Assembly (NCBI GenBank): GCA_964036045.1 | Contig: OZ038378.1 | Location: 104,904,001 to 104,968,000, forward strand | Direction: 5' to 3' | From: Eutreptiella sp. 'Long Island Sound 2002' | Taxonomy: Eukaryota; Protista; Euglenida | DNA: 64,000 nucleotides | Shown: positions 22,701 to 35,769 of the stretch, piece by piece | Layout of the letters: each line of letters starts with the position of its first letter | Numbering within the stretch: the stretch's first letter is position 1 | The notes under the pieces: generated by a model | Told to the model about the DNA's origin: nothing | What the model saw: only the letters and a program-made list of their open reading frames with translations | Databases searched by the model: none | Program-made: the position numbers and the translations under genes

Positions 22701-24099
22701 CGGGGTCCTGTAATGATGCCCGTGGGCCGACGTTGGAGCCTGTGGGGTCAGGTTCCTTGTGGGTTTCAAGTTGGTCGTTGGTTGCGGGCGCGTGGTGCGG
22801 AGGGGTTCCTCAGGCCGTGCGTCAGTAGCGGGGTCTATATCCGTCGCCGTCCATTGTGGAATGCTCCCCCCCTCAACGGCAGGCGCCGGATTGCCATGGT
22901 TCGCGGTTGGTGCGCCCTCTGGTGGTGTGCTGGTGGCGTCAATGTGTCGTTGTGGTGTTGGTAGGTAATCTCCTGCTGCCCGTTTGGCGGCACAGTGTTG
23001 TTGGCAGCTTTTTGGTACATCGGCCCTTGATGGTGTGGCAGCCCTCCTAGTCCTAGTTGTGTCTCCTGGTCGCTGTTGGGCCCGGATGGTCGCGCCCGGG
23101 CCGGAGCTGGATGAGCTGGAGCTGAACCAAGCCGGTGCTGGCACGCTTGGGGCCGCCCTGGCCACCGCCGCATTGCCATATGTGCCCCGTCGTGGCGAGG
23201 GGACGAACGGCTGGTTGGCTCCCTCGGCCATAGGCCGTAGCCAGCTGGGTACAGGGCTCTGCCTCCATGTCATCCAAGGCGCAATAAGTCTCTGGGTTGT
23301 GTCGCCGGGGCACAGGCCCCCACTGCGGCAGGAGATTTCCCCCCACTTCTGGCTGAGGGCGCCAAGGATGATCCCCATGGCAGCCTCGGCGTCCCCCACC
23401 AGCCATCCAAAGGCGAGGGGGAGGCGGGTGGTGAGTGCGAGGGTGGCGGCCATGTAGTTATCAATGTTCATGGGACTTGGGTCCCAGCTTCTCAGCAGCT
23501 CGCTCAGGAGGGGCAGACTACCCCGCGGCACCGCGTCGTAGGGCTCGAGATCCGGCACCCATTTAGTGGGGTTGTCCCCTGCTGGCAGCTGCCAGCGCGC
23601 CGGGAGCCAGGGCGGGCGGGCCCGTTGCTCCGCCAGGTGCTCCGGCACCTCCTCTCACTCCACATCCGGGCTGTGCCTGCCGCCGATGTGGTCATTGGAG
23701 GCCCAGACGTTCTGGGTGGCAATCATCCGGCCCGTCGCCATTGGGTCCTCATCCTGGCTCCCTCGGGGGGGGCGGGCTGGTGCAGAGGGGGTGCCGTTGC
23801 CTGCAGAGGGGGCAGGCCTACAGCTTGATGACGCACTGCCTGCAGAACCAGTCCCTCGTCTCGGCGCTGCCGCAGCCAAGATCGTGTCCAAGAAGCTAAG
23901 ACTCGAAGGACACGCTGCATTGCACATCTGGCCCATGCGGATGGGGAGCCTCGCCTGCGGGCATCCTGAGCAAAAATGTGGACAGTGGACTTGGACCAGT
24001 GGGCTTCGGGGTGCACGCACCATTGGTCCGTGTAGTGTGGTGTGTGCCGTGGTGTGATAGGTGTCGCAGCTACAGCCCTCCGGGGGCTATGGGATGGTG

Positions 24100-26250
24100 T
24101 GCATGGCTAGTCTGTTGGCTGAATTCGTTGCTAATGTATCAGCAGGTTGTAGTACTTGCCTTGGTTGTTCGGGGCGTGTTGTGCTGCCTCTGCAAACAAC
24201 GGGACGCGATGTTGTAGTTGTGTGTCCGCCCGTTTGATTCTTGTGAGTTGCATGTGGCTGAATGTGGCCTTTGTATTTGGTGCATTGTCGGTGATGACTT
24301 GGTAGAGTTGGAGGGGTACCGCCCCCCTTAACACCGGTCCCTTGATCTCTGGTTGCCGCATCAGGCGCCGACTTTGTTCGCCGGTGGCGTCCCTGGGCCC
24401 CATCCGGCGTGTTGTGTGATCGTGTTTTCTGGCTTCCACATGGCCACATGGACGCCCTCCTGGACTAGTGGGCAATGTGTGAAATGGTCCCACTTTTCCG
24501 GCTGTTGTGGGTGGCAAGGGCATATGGAGTACCCGGGGGGGGGGTGTCAGTGCCCTTCCTGCTGTACCACCGTGGCACACTGTCGTGAAAGGGGAGCTGT
24601 TGAAGTATGAGCTGACGATGTCCCTTTTGCAGACGTACCGGTAAAAGGGACCAGTTGAGGGCCCAGAAGTACAGCGCGAATTCTAGTTCCTGTTGTAGGC
24701 CAGTCAGGAGGGTGTTGTTGGCGTGGCTGCCCCGGATGTGGCCGATGGTTCTGAGCGGCTGTGCGTAGTGGTACGCTCGCCCCGTGTCGTTGTAGATCAC
24801 GTCATCTGGCACCCAAGACGGTGTCTTTCCTGGCTGTGGGATCAGGGTTAGGTGGTGCAGGTGCGGCTGCATGTGGTCATGCAGCGGAGGTTCGTACGTG
24901 TTCGGCATGTGCTCTGCGATTTGATTGTGGACATGCAGGTATATGTGTATGTTGCCCAGGCTGTAGCGATGAAAGTGCTGTTTGACCAGGTGTTGGACGA
25001 CGCATTCCAGGAGAATTCGTACACAAGTGCCCACAAGTGCCTGTGTGCCCAGGCTTGAGTCGGTTGCTTTATCCAGCCGCTGCCTGGCGAGCCGTCGGAT
25101 GATCTGCAAGTCCACAGCTGCGTTGACCACGACCCGCAAGTGGTGTGTGTGGTCCTGTTGTTGTCTGTGGGCGGTGCTGATGCCGTCCAAAGTGATCGCC
25201 AGTGTCTCCAGTTCTTTGTGCGAGGATGCCCCAAAGATGGTGGCTCCCGTCAGTTGGTGTTGTCGTAACTGACCTGTCGTGTCCGGCGATAGTTCCAGAG
25301 CTGTTCCGCCGGCTGCCGGGGTGAGGCCCGTTGTGCCGGAGGCGTGGGCAAACATACCGGTGTTCCGGTCATCCGGCAGGGGTAGGCGGTACGGCGTTGT
25401 CGGTTGGTGGGCGTGGATGCGTGCCCGTCCTGTTGTGGTGGTCCACTGTGTGGCGGTGGCCAGTTTGATTTTGGGGGGTGGCGTACACGCCTATCCCCTG
25501 GAGGATGATCTCTTTCGCTGCCGCATTAATTTGCACATACTCGTCGTTCCTTCCGTGCCCTTCCGCAAGGTAGGTGTGTAAGTACTGGACCAGGTATGCA
25601 ATGTTTGAAGAGTCAGTGGTCCATTCGATGGTCTGCTTCTCCGCCCCAGCGCGCCAGCAGTGGTGTTTCACGGGGTACGCGGAGGCTTCTGGTATGGCGC
25701 TGCTGTGCTTGGCTATCAGCGGGTAACAATGGCGGGTTATTTGGTGTGTAGTGTGCCTCAGTGGATACGCCACTCCGTCGTGGCCTCAGGGCCCCTGGCT
25801 ATGGTGCTTAGTACATCCGCTGGGGCCGGCCCGGAGTGTGTCTGCAGCCACCGGTGTTGTTCTGGGGTAGCGTGGGCCTTGGGCGTGTAGCGGTGTCGCG
25901 CCAGCAGTCGGAGGATGGGACAGACCGTGGCCAGTGTTTGGGGCCCGCATCGCCCGCATGTGCTGGGTGTGCCCGTAAGTGGGTCCTGTGGTAGCGCTGG
26001 CGGCTGGAACTTGCGTGCTGTGGGTGCAGGTACCATCCGCAAGTTGCCCTGTGCTTTGCTTGGCCAGAGGGTGACTTTGAGGCCATTGGTTGTAAGGAGG
26101 GGAAATGCCGGTATGGTGGCCTCCTGGGCGTATCCCACCTGTTCTAGTGGTCGGTGGTTGGCCTGGTTTCTGTTCGAGGGGCTCTGTGGTAGAGGCTACC
26201 TGTGCGTGCCTCAGAACAGATTGTATGCGTCTCGGACCAGAGACAGTGGC
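24100..26250 (-). pseudogene. 3' part of a LINE-type ORF2 (post-RT region, RNase H, CCHC-like knuckle), 5'-truncated
   Basis: FAHASG...GGTALEL, SSHKELETLAI, VVVNAAVD and VKQHFHRYSLGN are RNase H-like. ICPCHPQQPEKWDHFTHCP follows downstream. Confidence 0.6.
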
Positions 26251-26520
26251 ATGATGGGCAATTTCCCTATCTTCCATGTCATGAATGGAAATGATGAATG
26301 ATGAATGAATGACTGATCATCCCTGATCATGACCAATGATGGGCAGATGATGGGCAGATAACACCGGAACCTAAATCAATGAAATGTCGGACATCTGAGT
26401 GATGATGACCATGATGCATGATGATGATTAGATGATCATAAATGATTGAGATGGGCGTCATCATGTGTAATGTGCAGAAATTATGATGGATGATCCTGAT
26501 ATCGACCCGGATGAACAGAT
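26250..26520. repeat. ATGA/TCAT-rich LTR-like fragment related to 52760-52830
   Basis: About 70 bp (GCATGATGG.CAATTT...GTCATGAAT.GAAATGATGAATGATG...GACTGATC) align with the region upstream of the gypsy gag. A purine tract lies adjacent on the minus strand at ~26521-26535. Confidence 0.4.
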
Positions 26521-28345
26521 TTCCCCCTCACTCCTTGCCATCTCTGGGGTCCCCTACGAGGACGAGCGCCCCCTCGGGCCTTGGCCCCTAGTGGCCAGTT
26601 GCCACTGACGCTGACACCACAGACTGCAGGTTGTGGAATCCCATCACGGATTGTCGCAGGTTGTCCACGTTCACCTCGGGGTCGTATCTGGGCGGCACAA
26701 TTTTTGCCTCGTCATTCTGGGCGTCTTCCTGTTGGAGGAAGGCCAGCTGGCTGTGGCGCCTGAGCTCCTTCGGGGTAAGGCCAGTGGATCCAGACTTTCT
26801 TCGGCTACTATGATGCAGGTTTGGTTGGATCATTCTGTGGTTGCCACATCCCCGGCTGCTTCGCTTGATTTGTACATTGTGTTGCCTTTTTGCCTTGTCC
26901 TCCTTTGGCATGCATCACTGCGCCAAAAATGACAAACCTGTCCTGACTTCCTGCACCCCCTTGTACACTCAGACCAGCAAAGCAGCACCAGCTGGATGAG
27001 GATCACTGGGATGTGCAAAGCGGTAGTCAATGGCAGATGGACATGAAGATGATGTGGAAGCAAGCAGATGCAATTGAAATAATAAAAGCAGAAATAGGGG
27101 AACCTATGTGACAGAAGGAGTCACGCTGGGTCACTAAGCACAGATGGCAGGAGAGGTCAGGATCAGGATAGTGCAAAGGACAAAGGTTGCTTGAAGCCAG
27201 GGATGTCATTAACGTTGTTAAACTGTCACTTAAACGCGTTCGTTCGTCCGTTCAACGAAATTCGTTAACAAGCGAACTTTCAACAAAAGAGCCGTAGAGG
27301 GTCAGTTGGTGCCCTGATCAAGAGGTATTTGACTACATTTGTTCGTATTTTAAGTGTTCTTTCGACTTTCTGCGGACTTTCCAACAAGTTGGTTTGTTTG
27401 TTCATACATTCTTTCGTTAGTTCGCCTGAAAAAAAAAACAAGGAATGTTTGTTAATGACAACCCTGGTCGAAGATCATGGATGGCCCACGCAAGCCACCC
27501 TGTGGTAACACCTCCCCTTATCATGTGCCTGGGGTGCGTCGAGTGCAGAGGTTGGAACCCGATGGCTGCATCGAGCACGGCCTGGAGGAAGTATGCCAGG
27601 GCTTTGGTGGACAGTGCGGCGATGCGTGCAATGACAAGTGTGCCCGACAATTGGCGGTCCGAATTCCGTGGCAGTGTGACCTCTTTCAATGAGGCCGCCT
27701 GCTAAATCTCCAGATAGCTGGCAGTGTCCTCCAGGGGTCGGGGGTGGTTCTTTTAAGACATCTCAACATCTTCAGAGTTCACTGTGGTTCAATCGCGGGA
27801 CATATTTACATGGAGGAAACTTATGGACACTTGCAGAAACCTGCGGCCCACTATGACCAAAGGTGGTCGGACTACAATGTGGTGCGGCCCTGAACTGTCC
27901 TTTGTAGCTGCCTGAGTCCTGGAGTGGAGAAGTTCAGCGCATCCATCTACGTCCACCGACGTACTGCACTGTGGACATGTACCTGAAGTCTGTACGTGAA
28001 AACGTCACCTCGGCTGTGGTGTGAGTGCATCGGAGGGGGCTGCATGGGGCGGGGGGGGCGGGGACCCCCCAGGATGGACCAGAGGGAATACAAGGGGGGT
28101 AGGGGCTCTGACAGGGGGGGCGAAGAGTAAAAGGACATAACAATCAGGAAATCCAGCCGGCAGGCTGCTGTCGGTGGGGGGGGGGGGGTAGAAAAAGGCA
28201 CAGCCAATGCAACTGAGCAAGCAATGAGTAACAAAGCGGTAAGTGAACACTTTGACGAAGCTGTGGTCCGCAGGTGATGAATAGAAGCAGAAACCTGCAG
28301 GAAAACGTGACCTGACTTACGATTACTTCGTGTAGCCTTGGGGAA

Positions 28346-31300
28346 TCAGTTGAGCGAATGAAGGGTCTGCGAAAAAGAACGGAGTGATGTACGGTTACGT
28401 GCCTGCGAAGAATTCGTGGACATACAGTTGTCGGCGTGCCACAGAAGCCGGCTGCACAACAGAAGTCGTAGGTCTCGGCCGCTTACCTGGTGGTATTTGG
28501 TGGGCAGAGGAGCGTTTTCGTTTTTGATGAAGTTTGGGCTTCGATTGGACCTGTATGGGGAAGGGGAGAGGGTGGGAGGTAGATGTGGACAGGTGACGCA
28601 GGGGGGGCGGTCGGTGGTGCTGTACGGCCCGTGGGACTGGAAAAAGGTGTTGTCTGTGAGGGGTGGGGGCAGGGGGTCAGGAAGGGGGTGACTGCGTCGG
28701 TGCTCACATGCAGACTTGACAATGGACGTGAGGCAGGTGCGTCTGGGTTTTAGGGCTGCATACATGGCCTCTTTGCGGGACCGAGACTCAGTCATTAGTT
28801 TGTACAGGGAGAGGGGGACGAGAGTGCGGGCGAAGTTGCGTAGCTCCCCCTTAGTGCGCTGTCCCTGGACACACTGCCACGCAATAGGTCCTAGAACTGT
28901 ACCCCAGGAATGGGCCATTCGCTCAAGGAAAGATGACATATCTCCGCAGAAGGCTATAGAGGAGACTAGGTCCAGGGGGTGCTGCCTGTTGCACACTGGA
29001 CATTGACGGTCAGACAGGTCCGGGAACGGGCTGGACCCTGCATTGCCCTTTACCCCCAGAGTCCACTTGTCAGCGAAAGAGCTGAACCAGGAATGGTTGT
29101 TGGGCCAGTCAAAGCTGACTGACTTTGCTATGCCCGTGTGATCGTGCTCCGGGTACAGTCTCTTTCGAGCTGCGCCTCCGAATTTCTGTATATTGGGCTG
29201 TCCCCCAAACGTGACCGTGTGCATGCAGGGAGGCTGAAGGTGCGAAGGCAACACCCTACATGTTTATGCCGTGTATTTGGCAAAGGCATCAGCAATTTCA
29301 TTGCCCGTAAAACCAACGTGAGGCTTGAGCCATCCCACACCTACATCAAACCTCACCGCGTGAATTAAGTCGTCAACGACGCACTGCCAAGTGCCTCGCG
29401 TACTGGAGCTCGCAGGGATATGGGGTTCCCCCGCCAGTCTGTTATCGATGCAGCTAACCAGCTGTGAGTTATCGATGCAATAAAAGACAGAGCCTTTGAA
29501 CCCTACGGATTCTAGGTAGCGTGTGCACTGCACAAACGCCCAGAATTCTGAATCTTTACTGCTGTGATGTGGACAGGGGATGGCGGGGGCTATCGTGATG
29601 CTGTCTGGCCAGCAGAGAATGGCTGCAGATCCAGCCCAGGGGCGGTCCCATGACCCGTCCAGATAAACCGACAGCCACTGTGCCGATCGCGGCTTGGTCC
29701 ATGCCTCCAGAACACTCTCACAACACCACTCAGAGAGGGCTGAGGCCTGTAGTCTCGGAGGGTCTCCCAAATAACGGTAGATGTGTCCAAACGGGTTGGA
29801 ATCCACATACTGTGAAGAGTACGGGAATGGGTAGGGGGGAGAGGACGAGGCACAGTGAGCAGAACATGGGAGAGGGTCATGTGCTGGCAAACCGGAGGGG
29901 AGGCTGGCAGTCGTTGGGGGGGTGGGTGGAGAGAGAAGGTATGAAGCTTGTCTTTGACATGAAAAGTGGTTGCATCGACGTGGAATTTGATGAGGGAGGC
30001 TTTGGCTGTCTCGTCGTAATGGAGAACACACCCTGTAAACCATCCTGTGTTAAATTCCACGTGGATCTCCTCGCCCGGGAGTAGGCTCTTCACTGGGTCG
30101 TGGGTGGTTCTCTGGGGCAGAGATGCAGGGGTGGTGCGTTGTGTGCCATGGTGGCGGATTCGACGTTGTGCACCAGAAGTTTGTTGCTTTCCAGGTAGTT
30201 TGTAACGTCGTGAAGTACCTCGTTGGCCCTGGTGTTGTCTTGGGCGTTAGCTAGGGGTTGACGGGCGGCGGTGGTCACCACCACCATGTCATCTGCGTAC
30301 GCCAGGAGCCTGGTTTGTAGGGGTTATGGTGCCATCTCAGGGTAGGAGTGTTGTATGTAGAAGGCCAGCGGGAGGGTGACGAGCAGAAGAGGAACTCGCC
30401 TTCGGCGCCCCCCTATGTGACCCTGCTGGTGGGGTGTGTCTATGGCGTGTTGCGCACATCTGTTTGTATCGCATACAGGCGGCTGGCGACGTACGCGTGC
30501 AGGAAACCCTGGAAGGGGAGTCCCATGTGCTCTCAGATGGCGCGCAGAAGCCGATGTGGGGTGTTGGGGAAGGCGCCTCTGGCCTCCAGGAACGTGATGA
30601 TGAGGCTCATTGGGTCCATGTCCACCACATCGTCTTGCATACAGATTGCCTCCAGCAACAAGCGTCCTGGTACTGCTCCCCACATTGTGGGTGGGATGGC
30701 CCGGTATACTGCTGGGACTATGCGCTTTCTGATGAGCATCCAGATGAGCGTTGCTTCCGTCATGGCACGTACCATGGGTTTCCAACTGTCTGAGGTCGCC
30801 CAGTTGCCCTTCTTGTACAGTGGGTGTACCAGGTTTCCCAAGTCCGGTGGTATGTCTGTCCTCCCTATGGCAATGTCCCAGAGAAACGCCGTCAGGTGCC
30901 TCTTCAGGTTGAGCGGGAGTCTGCAGTAGACTTCGGCAGGCAGGCTGTCCATCCCCGGAGTTTTCCCCGGCTTTAGCTTCTGCAACATCTCATCCAGTTC
31001 CTGTACGGTGCACGGGGTGTGGTGCATGTAGTGTTGTTGTGCCCGGTTGTATAGTGCTGGTAGGTGTGATATCAGTTACTTGACATAGTCGGACAGTTCC
31101 CTGTCTTCCGCGTTGTGTTGGCGTTTGAAGCTGCTGAGTACCTCCTCCATGACAACATTGGGCTGGTTGGTCTCCGTGCCTTCCTGAACGTGCACTGCAC
31201 TGATGCTCTGGTGGCCTGTTTCTCCCAAGACTTTGTCCACGTGCTTCAAGGAGTTGTATGGTTTGGGGCTTCGGAGAAACCTTTGTTGCTCCTGCGCCAG

Positions 31301-34300
31301 GTCCTTCGCCCGGCATTCGTGCCACTCCCTCAGCTGCCGATGCGTGGTTTGCAGTCGCGTCCCAGTGTGTTGGGTGCTTTGTTTGGTTTTTGGGTCGTGG
31401 GAGTGGATCGCCATATGTAGGTTCTGTTTGCCACGCCATATGGCGCTGACCATGGAGCGTAGGTCCCGGTGAGGGGTTGTCGCCTCCTGCTCGTGGCGGT
31501 TCATCTCGTGGAGGCCACATGCTGCCGCTGCTTGCCGCATGGCGAGGTTGAGGTCTGCGTCGGCTTAATTGCTGAGGACACAGTCCACCGGTCGGTAGTA
31601 CGCCATTCTTTTGTGTGTGTTGTCTTCGTCTCGAGGGCTAATAGGCGGCTGTTCGTCTTGGTCTGTATCGCCGGAGAGGGTCGGGGGTACTTGCAGCACT
31701 TTGAGCATTACCTCTCGTGGGCGGTGTCCGCTTGTCTTGGATGACATGCCGTGGTACCCTGTCGGTGTCACCTCCACTTGTGCCGGGTCCGCTTAGCACA
31801 GGTCGATGCGTGAGTCTGTCGAGCCTAGTTGTGGTGGCTGGTGTGAGGGTTGGCCCCCTAGGGAGGCTGTGAGGTCCTGCAGGCCCAGGTGCTGCATGGC
31901 CACTTACACAGATGTGTCCTCCGGTGTGGGCGGCCCCCCGCGGTTGTCCACTGTGGATGCGGCCTTGAAGTCTCTGATGATGACTGTTGGCCCAATACGG
32001 GCCGGTTGCAAGTAGGTCTCCATGAGGTGCTCGGGGAACGTATTCGTGGCGTCGCCGAATCAGACGTACACGTTGATGACGTTGAGTTGCCAGGATGGGC
32101 CCACTAGGTCATATGCCAGCAGGCGGCCCTCGATGCCCAGATGACCGTGGACATGGACCTGGCCCTAACCTTTTTGTGATATGGGTACGCCTTTGACCCA
32201 GGTGGTACAATAATGGTACCCGGTTATGGTTGTGCACGTTTTGAGAGCTTGTGTCTGCCATAGACCCTGCCATGATAGGTATGTCTTCCAGGTCCGGGGC
32301 GTTGGTCGCGTCGTACACGACGCCTGGTTCGCTTAGGGACATCAGGGTGATAAGTGCGGAGGTGGCCTTGTAGGTGTGTGCCCTGATGGTAAATTTCCCT
32401 CGCTTTGTCCGATGGGCTTGGAGTCATTGTTCCAGGCGCAGTTTGTGCATGAGGACCATCGCCATCCGCTGTTCCTTGGGGACGTTAGGTTCCTCAAGCC
32501 ATGCCTCGGGTACATCTCCTGTCAAAACCGTTCCCGGTGTTACCTGGTTTTCGGGTGTGCGGAGTTGCAGTGGGCACTCCGGGATTGGCCTGTCGTTCCA
32601 GAGCTGAAAGTTGGGTGCTTCTGCTATCTCGCCGCACTTCCAGTAAGGCTTGCCAACAGACTTTGAGTCGTGGGTTGCCGTGTTTGCCTGGTGTAGCCAG
32701 CCTGTATTTCACCGTGCCTTTGAACCAGACCCACCGCTTGGGTTGCCCTTTCAACGTGGCCCTAAATACCCCTTGCACTTCCGCACCATAAAGGTATTCA
32801 AGTCGGATGGCGCTGCGTTCTTGCGGTGAGAAAAATGGGCAGATCTGGGGTTTTGGCTTGGGTTTGGTCGGGGGAAAATGCTACTTTGGGTGCCGATCCA
32901 AACCTCTTGGCCCTTCGGGCCGGTGCCGCTGCTCCTTCAGGCCTTACGCATGGTTTGAATGGCACCCGTTCTGGTGCTGGACATCGGGCTGATGCTGGCT
33001 TTGGGGGTATTGCGACCTTGGAAGATGCTATACGCCGGTCCGTCGCCCTCCCTGGGCCAGTGCATGCCTCGCAGCTTGTTGGCCTGGGTTTGCAGGTTGG
33101 CTATGGAGAGCCTGACAGTCTGCTCCGTGTCCGTGGGCCATGACATCCAGCGTCCCTTCTGTGCCATCCCATGCCTGCGTACGTAAGCTGCTGGGTGAGC
33201 CGCGTGGTGGAGATTGTGGTGTCCTTGGTTGAGGCATTCACTGTCCAGTGCATAGCCGTTTTGAGTGCCAGCCAGTGCACCAGGGGGTGGACGGTGTTGC
33301 GGATAGAGTGCCTGAAAGGGTCCCCGAGCGCCAGCGGGGTGGCCGTCCGTGGCGCTGCTGTGCATGTCTGTACTCCGGTCGCTGTGTCCTTGCCATCCCA
33401 TTGTGCGACCCATCAGGTGTGTTGGTGGCAGGTGAGGCTCGCCGTAGGGGTGACCGGGGGTCGGTTGAGGACCGTCCAGTCAGTGACCTTGAGCGCAAAT
33501 TTTTGTGCAGATTGTTCAGCTGGACTTGTAAGTTGCACCAGATTCTGCATAAGCTCCGGTGTCAGGGTGTCTTCCCTTTCCTGACCTCTGTCCTTGCGTT
33601 CTGTCAGGTGTCCTACGTTGTTATCCCATGTATCCTTGACAGCTGCCAAGGTGTTGGCTGCCGGGGTGATGATGTCCTCTGTAAGACCTTCCACAATGAA
33701 GTTTTTTTTCCCCGCAAAGGGTGGCCAGGAGCGGGGCTGTGGCCTTCATTGTGAGGTGTATCAGCGTCCTGTCGGGGTTGGGGAACGCATACCCCGCGTC
33801 CTGCCAGTGGGTGTCGCGGCTTGCTGATGTCGGGTAGTCGTGGCCAAATCCTCATGTGTTGGATCTGGTTTAGGGGGATGGCTTGGTTCAGTTTGTCCCC
33901 CGCTGTCAAGTAGATTCCTTTGGCTCCTGGTACTGTGTTAAGGTAGATACCCGGGAGTGGGACGAGCTGTGGGGGCAGCGGTTGGAACAAGGAATGGGGG
34001 CAGGGGTGTCTCCATGGGGGTCTTCAGACCGGAGTCCTGGGCAGGGGCCTTCAATGCGGTGTGGGAATCGGTACAAGATGTAGGGTCCTGCTACCCTGCG
34101 GAGCTTCTTGGAGTTAAAGCCGGTGACCAGCCTGCCCGTCCGGATAGTGACAGAACACTGGTCAAGCCAGGTGGCTTGGCCGCGTTCTATGTCATCGTGT
34201 AGGGCCAGTCTGCTGGTGACCCACGTTCTGCCGTGGCTGGTGTCGTCCCGGCTTCGGCATCCTGTACGCATGAGGGGCATCCTGGCAATCCCGAGGGCCG

Positions 34301-35769
34301 ATTTTCTGATGTTTGTGGGTGGGGTTCCAGCCCGAGCAATGTTTCTTGTCTGTTTCGTTCCACCTTGTCTTGGTACGCATTTCCTGTGTAGGGGCTGGTG
34401 CCAGGTTGGGTCCAGATGCCAGGTGGGGCCAGGCAGGTCGTTGACTGTGCTTGGGTGTACAACGTGTAGGCCGCGTTCTCGGCATTGGGGTGCAGTCTGT
34501 ATGTAGACCTCTGTGCCGCGGCGTAGGTGACAATCGCGTTGGAGGTAGGGATGGTGTATTGGAGTCGTGTGTGTGCCAGATTGTGTGTGAGTTGCATATC
34601 CGTGCCCTTCCGGTGGTCGCCGTGGTAATCGAGAATGAAGTGCACCATTCACGGGCTGTGGGGTTAGAGATTGCCTTCCTTGTCCCACAGTGGTGCTTGT
34701 ATTTGGCGCCCTGTTTGTTGCGCCTTGGTGGTGTTGTGTTGGACGGGCTGCTCCACCAGGGTGTTGGGTGTCCAGTCCAGTGGGGCCCCTTCCCTGCGTG
34801 CCGGGGCTTGCAGTGCTCTGGCGAGTGGCGTGACGGTGCGTGGTAGGGCGGGCACAGCCTCTTAGGGTACCATGCCGGCGGCTGTTGGGAAATTTCAGTA
34901 TGAGGTGAACGCCCCTGGTTGGTGGGCGTTGTGGGTGTCCGGGAGCGCAGAAAGGGTGCTTCCTTGATCTGTGATACCGTCTCTCGGTCATTGGTGGTGG
35001 GGTAGTGCCAGATTGCGTGCTTGGCAATGCTGTGGTGCGCCTCGGTAGCGTGTCTCGCGGGTTCCATTGTTTGTTGGGTGAGGGTGTCGTCGAGGGTGAG
35101 GTGGCTTAGTCGGTCTATCGCTGCGGTCCACCGCGTCTGCCAGCCGTTTGTCATCGGGTCGCCGTCAGTACATTCCACGGTACAGTGGACGGTGGCCCAT
35201 TCCGAGTCCGGGTCAAACATTATGTCGTTGTTCGTTGTCGCTGTCGCCAAGATGGCTTGTGTGGGTCGTGCCTGGGGTGGCTGGTTGTCTTCTGCAACGA
35301 TGGCGCCTTCGATGGTGGCGGTGCCCTGGACGGTGATGAGAAGATGTGCGGGTGGTGCTGGTCTTATCCGATCAGGTGTGATGAGGTGGATTGCTTCTAC
35401 CGCTGTTACTCCAAGGAAGATCTGTTTCCTTTCTATGGTACCGGTCGTTAGCTTCCATGTCGGCGCTGTGCGGCGAGTGTGGATAGAGGCAGGTAGTTGT
35501 CCGGGATGTGGTGTGTGGTGAGAGGTTTGGGTACGTGTTGGACGGTGGCGACAGTCATGGTGTCTCTGAGGTTTTGTTGGTCGTCCTCCCGTGGCGGGGA
35601 GTCGCCCGCGGTTGGTGAGTGGGGCCGCTTTGGGCGGGGGGGTATGTATGGTTCTGATATCGGTTGAGCTGCCGCTGGTTGGAGGTTCGTGATCGGATGT
35701 GCTCCTGTGGTTGCATTCTCGTGCAGGTAAAACTCCAGCGCGGGGGGCCCAATAGGGTGCCACTCGCAC
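28346..35769 (-). mobile_element. Degenerate LINE (non-LTR retrotransposon): ORF1-like region, APE, RT, Tudor-like domain, RNase H, Cys-rich C-terminus
   Basis: APE: LNVINVYV, VIIRDFKA, SRIDLC (~32350-31650). RT: KLKPGKTPGMDSLPAEVY...KKG..., LLAYADD (~31030-30290). RNase H: VYLDGS...DSEFWA...IDNSQ...WLKPHVGFTGNEIAD (~29680-29264). CPVC downstream. Many stops and frameshifts. Confidence 0.85.
29925..30093 (-). other. Tudor/SH3-like segment between the LINE RT and RNase H
   Basis: LLPGEEIHVEFNTGWFTGCVLHYDETAKASLIKFHVD matches the Tudor-like pattern G-x2-V-x-V-x4-W(F/Y)-x-G-x-V-x2-YD...(V/I)-x-F. Confidence 0.45.
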
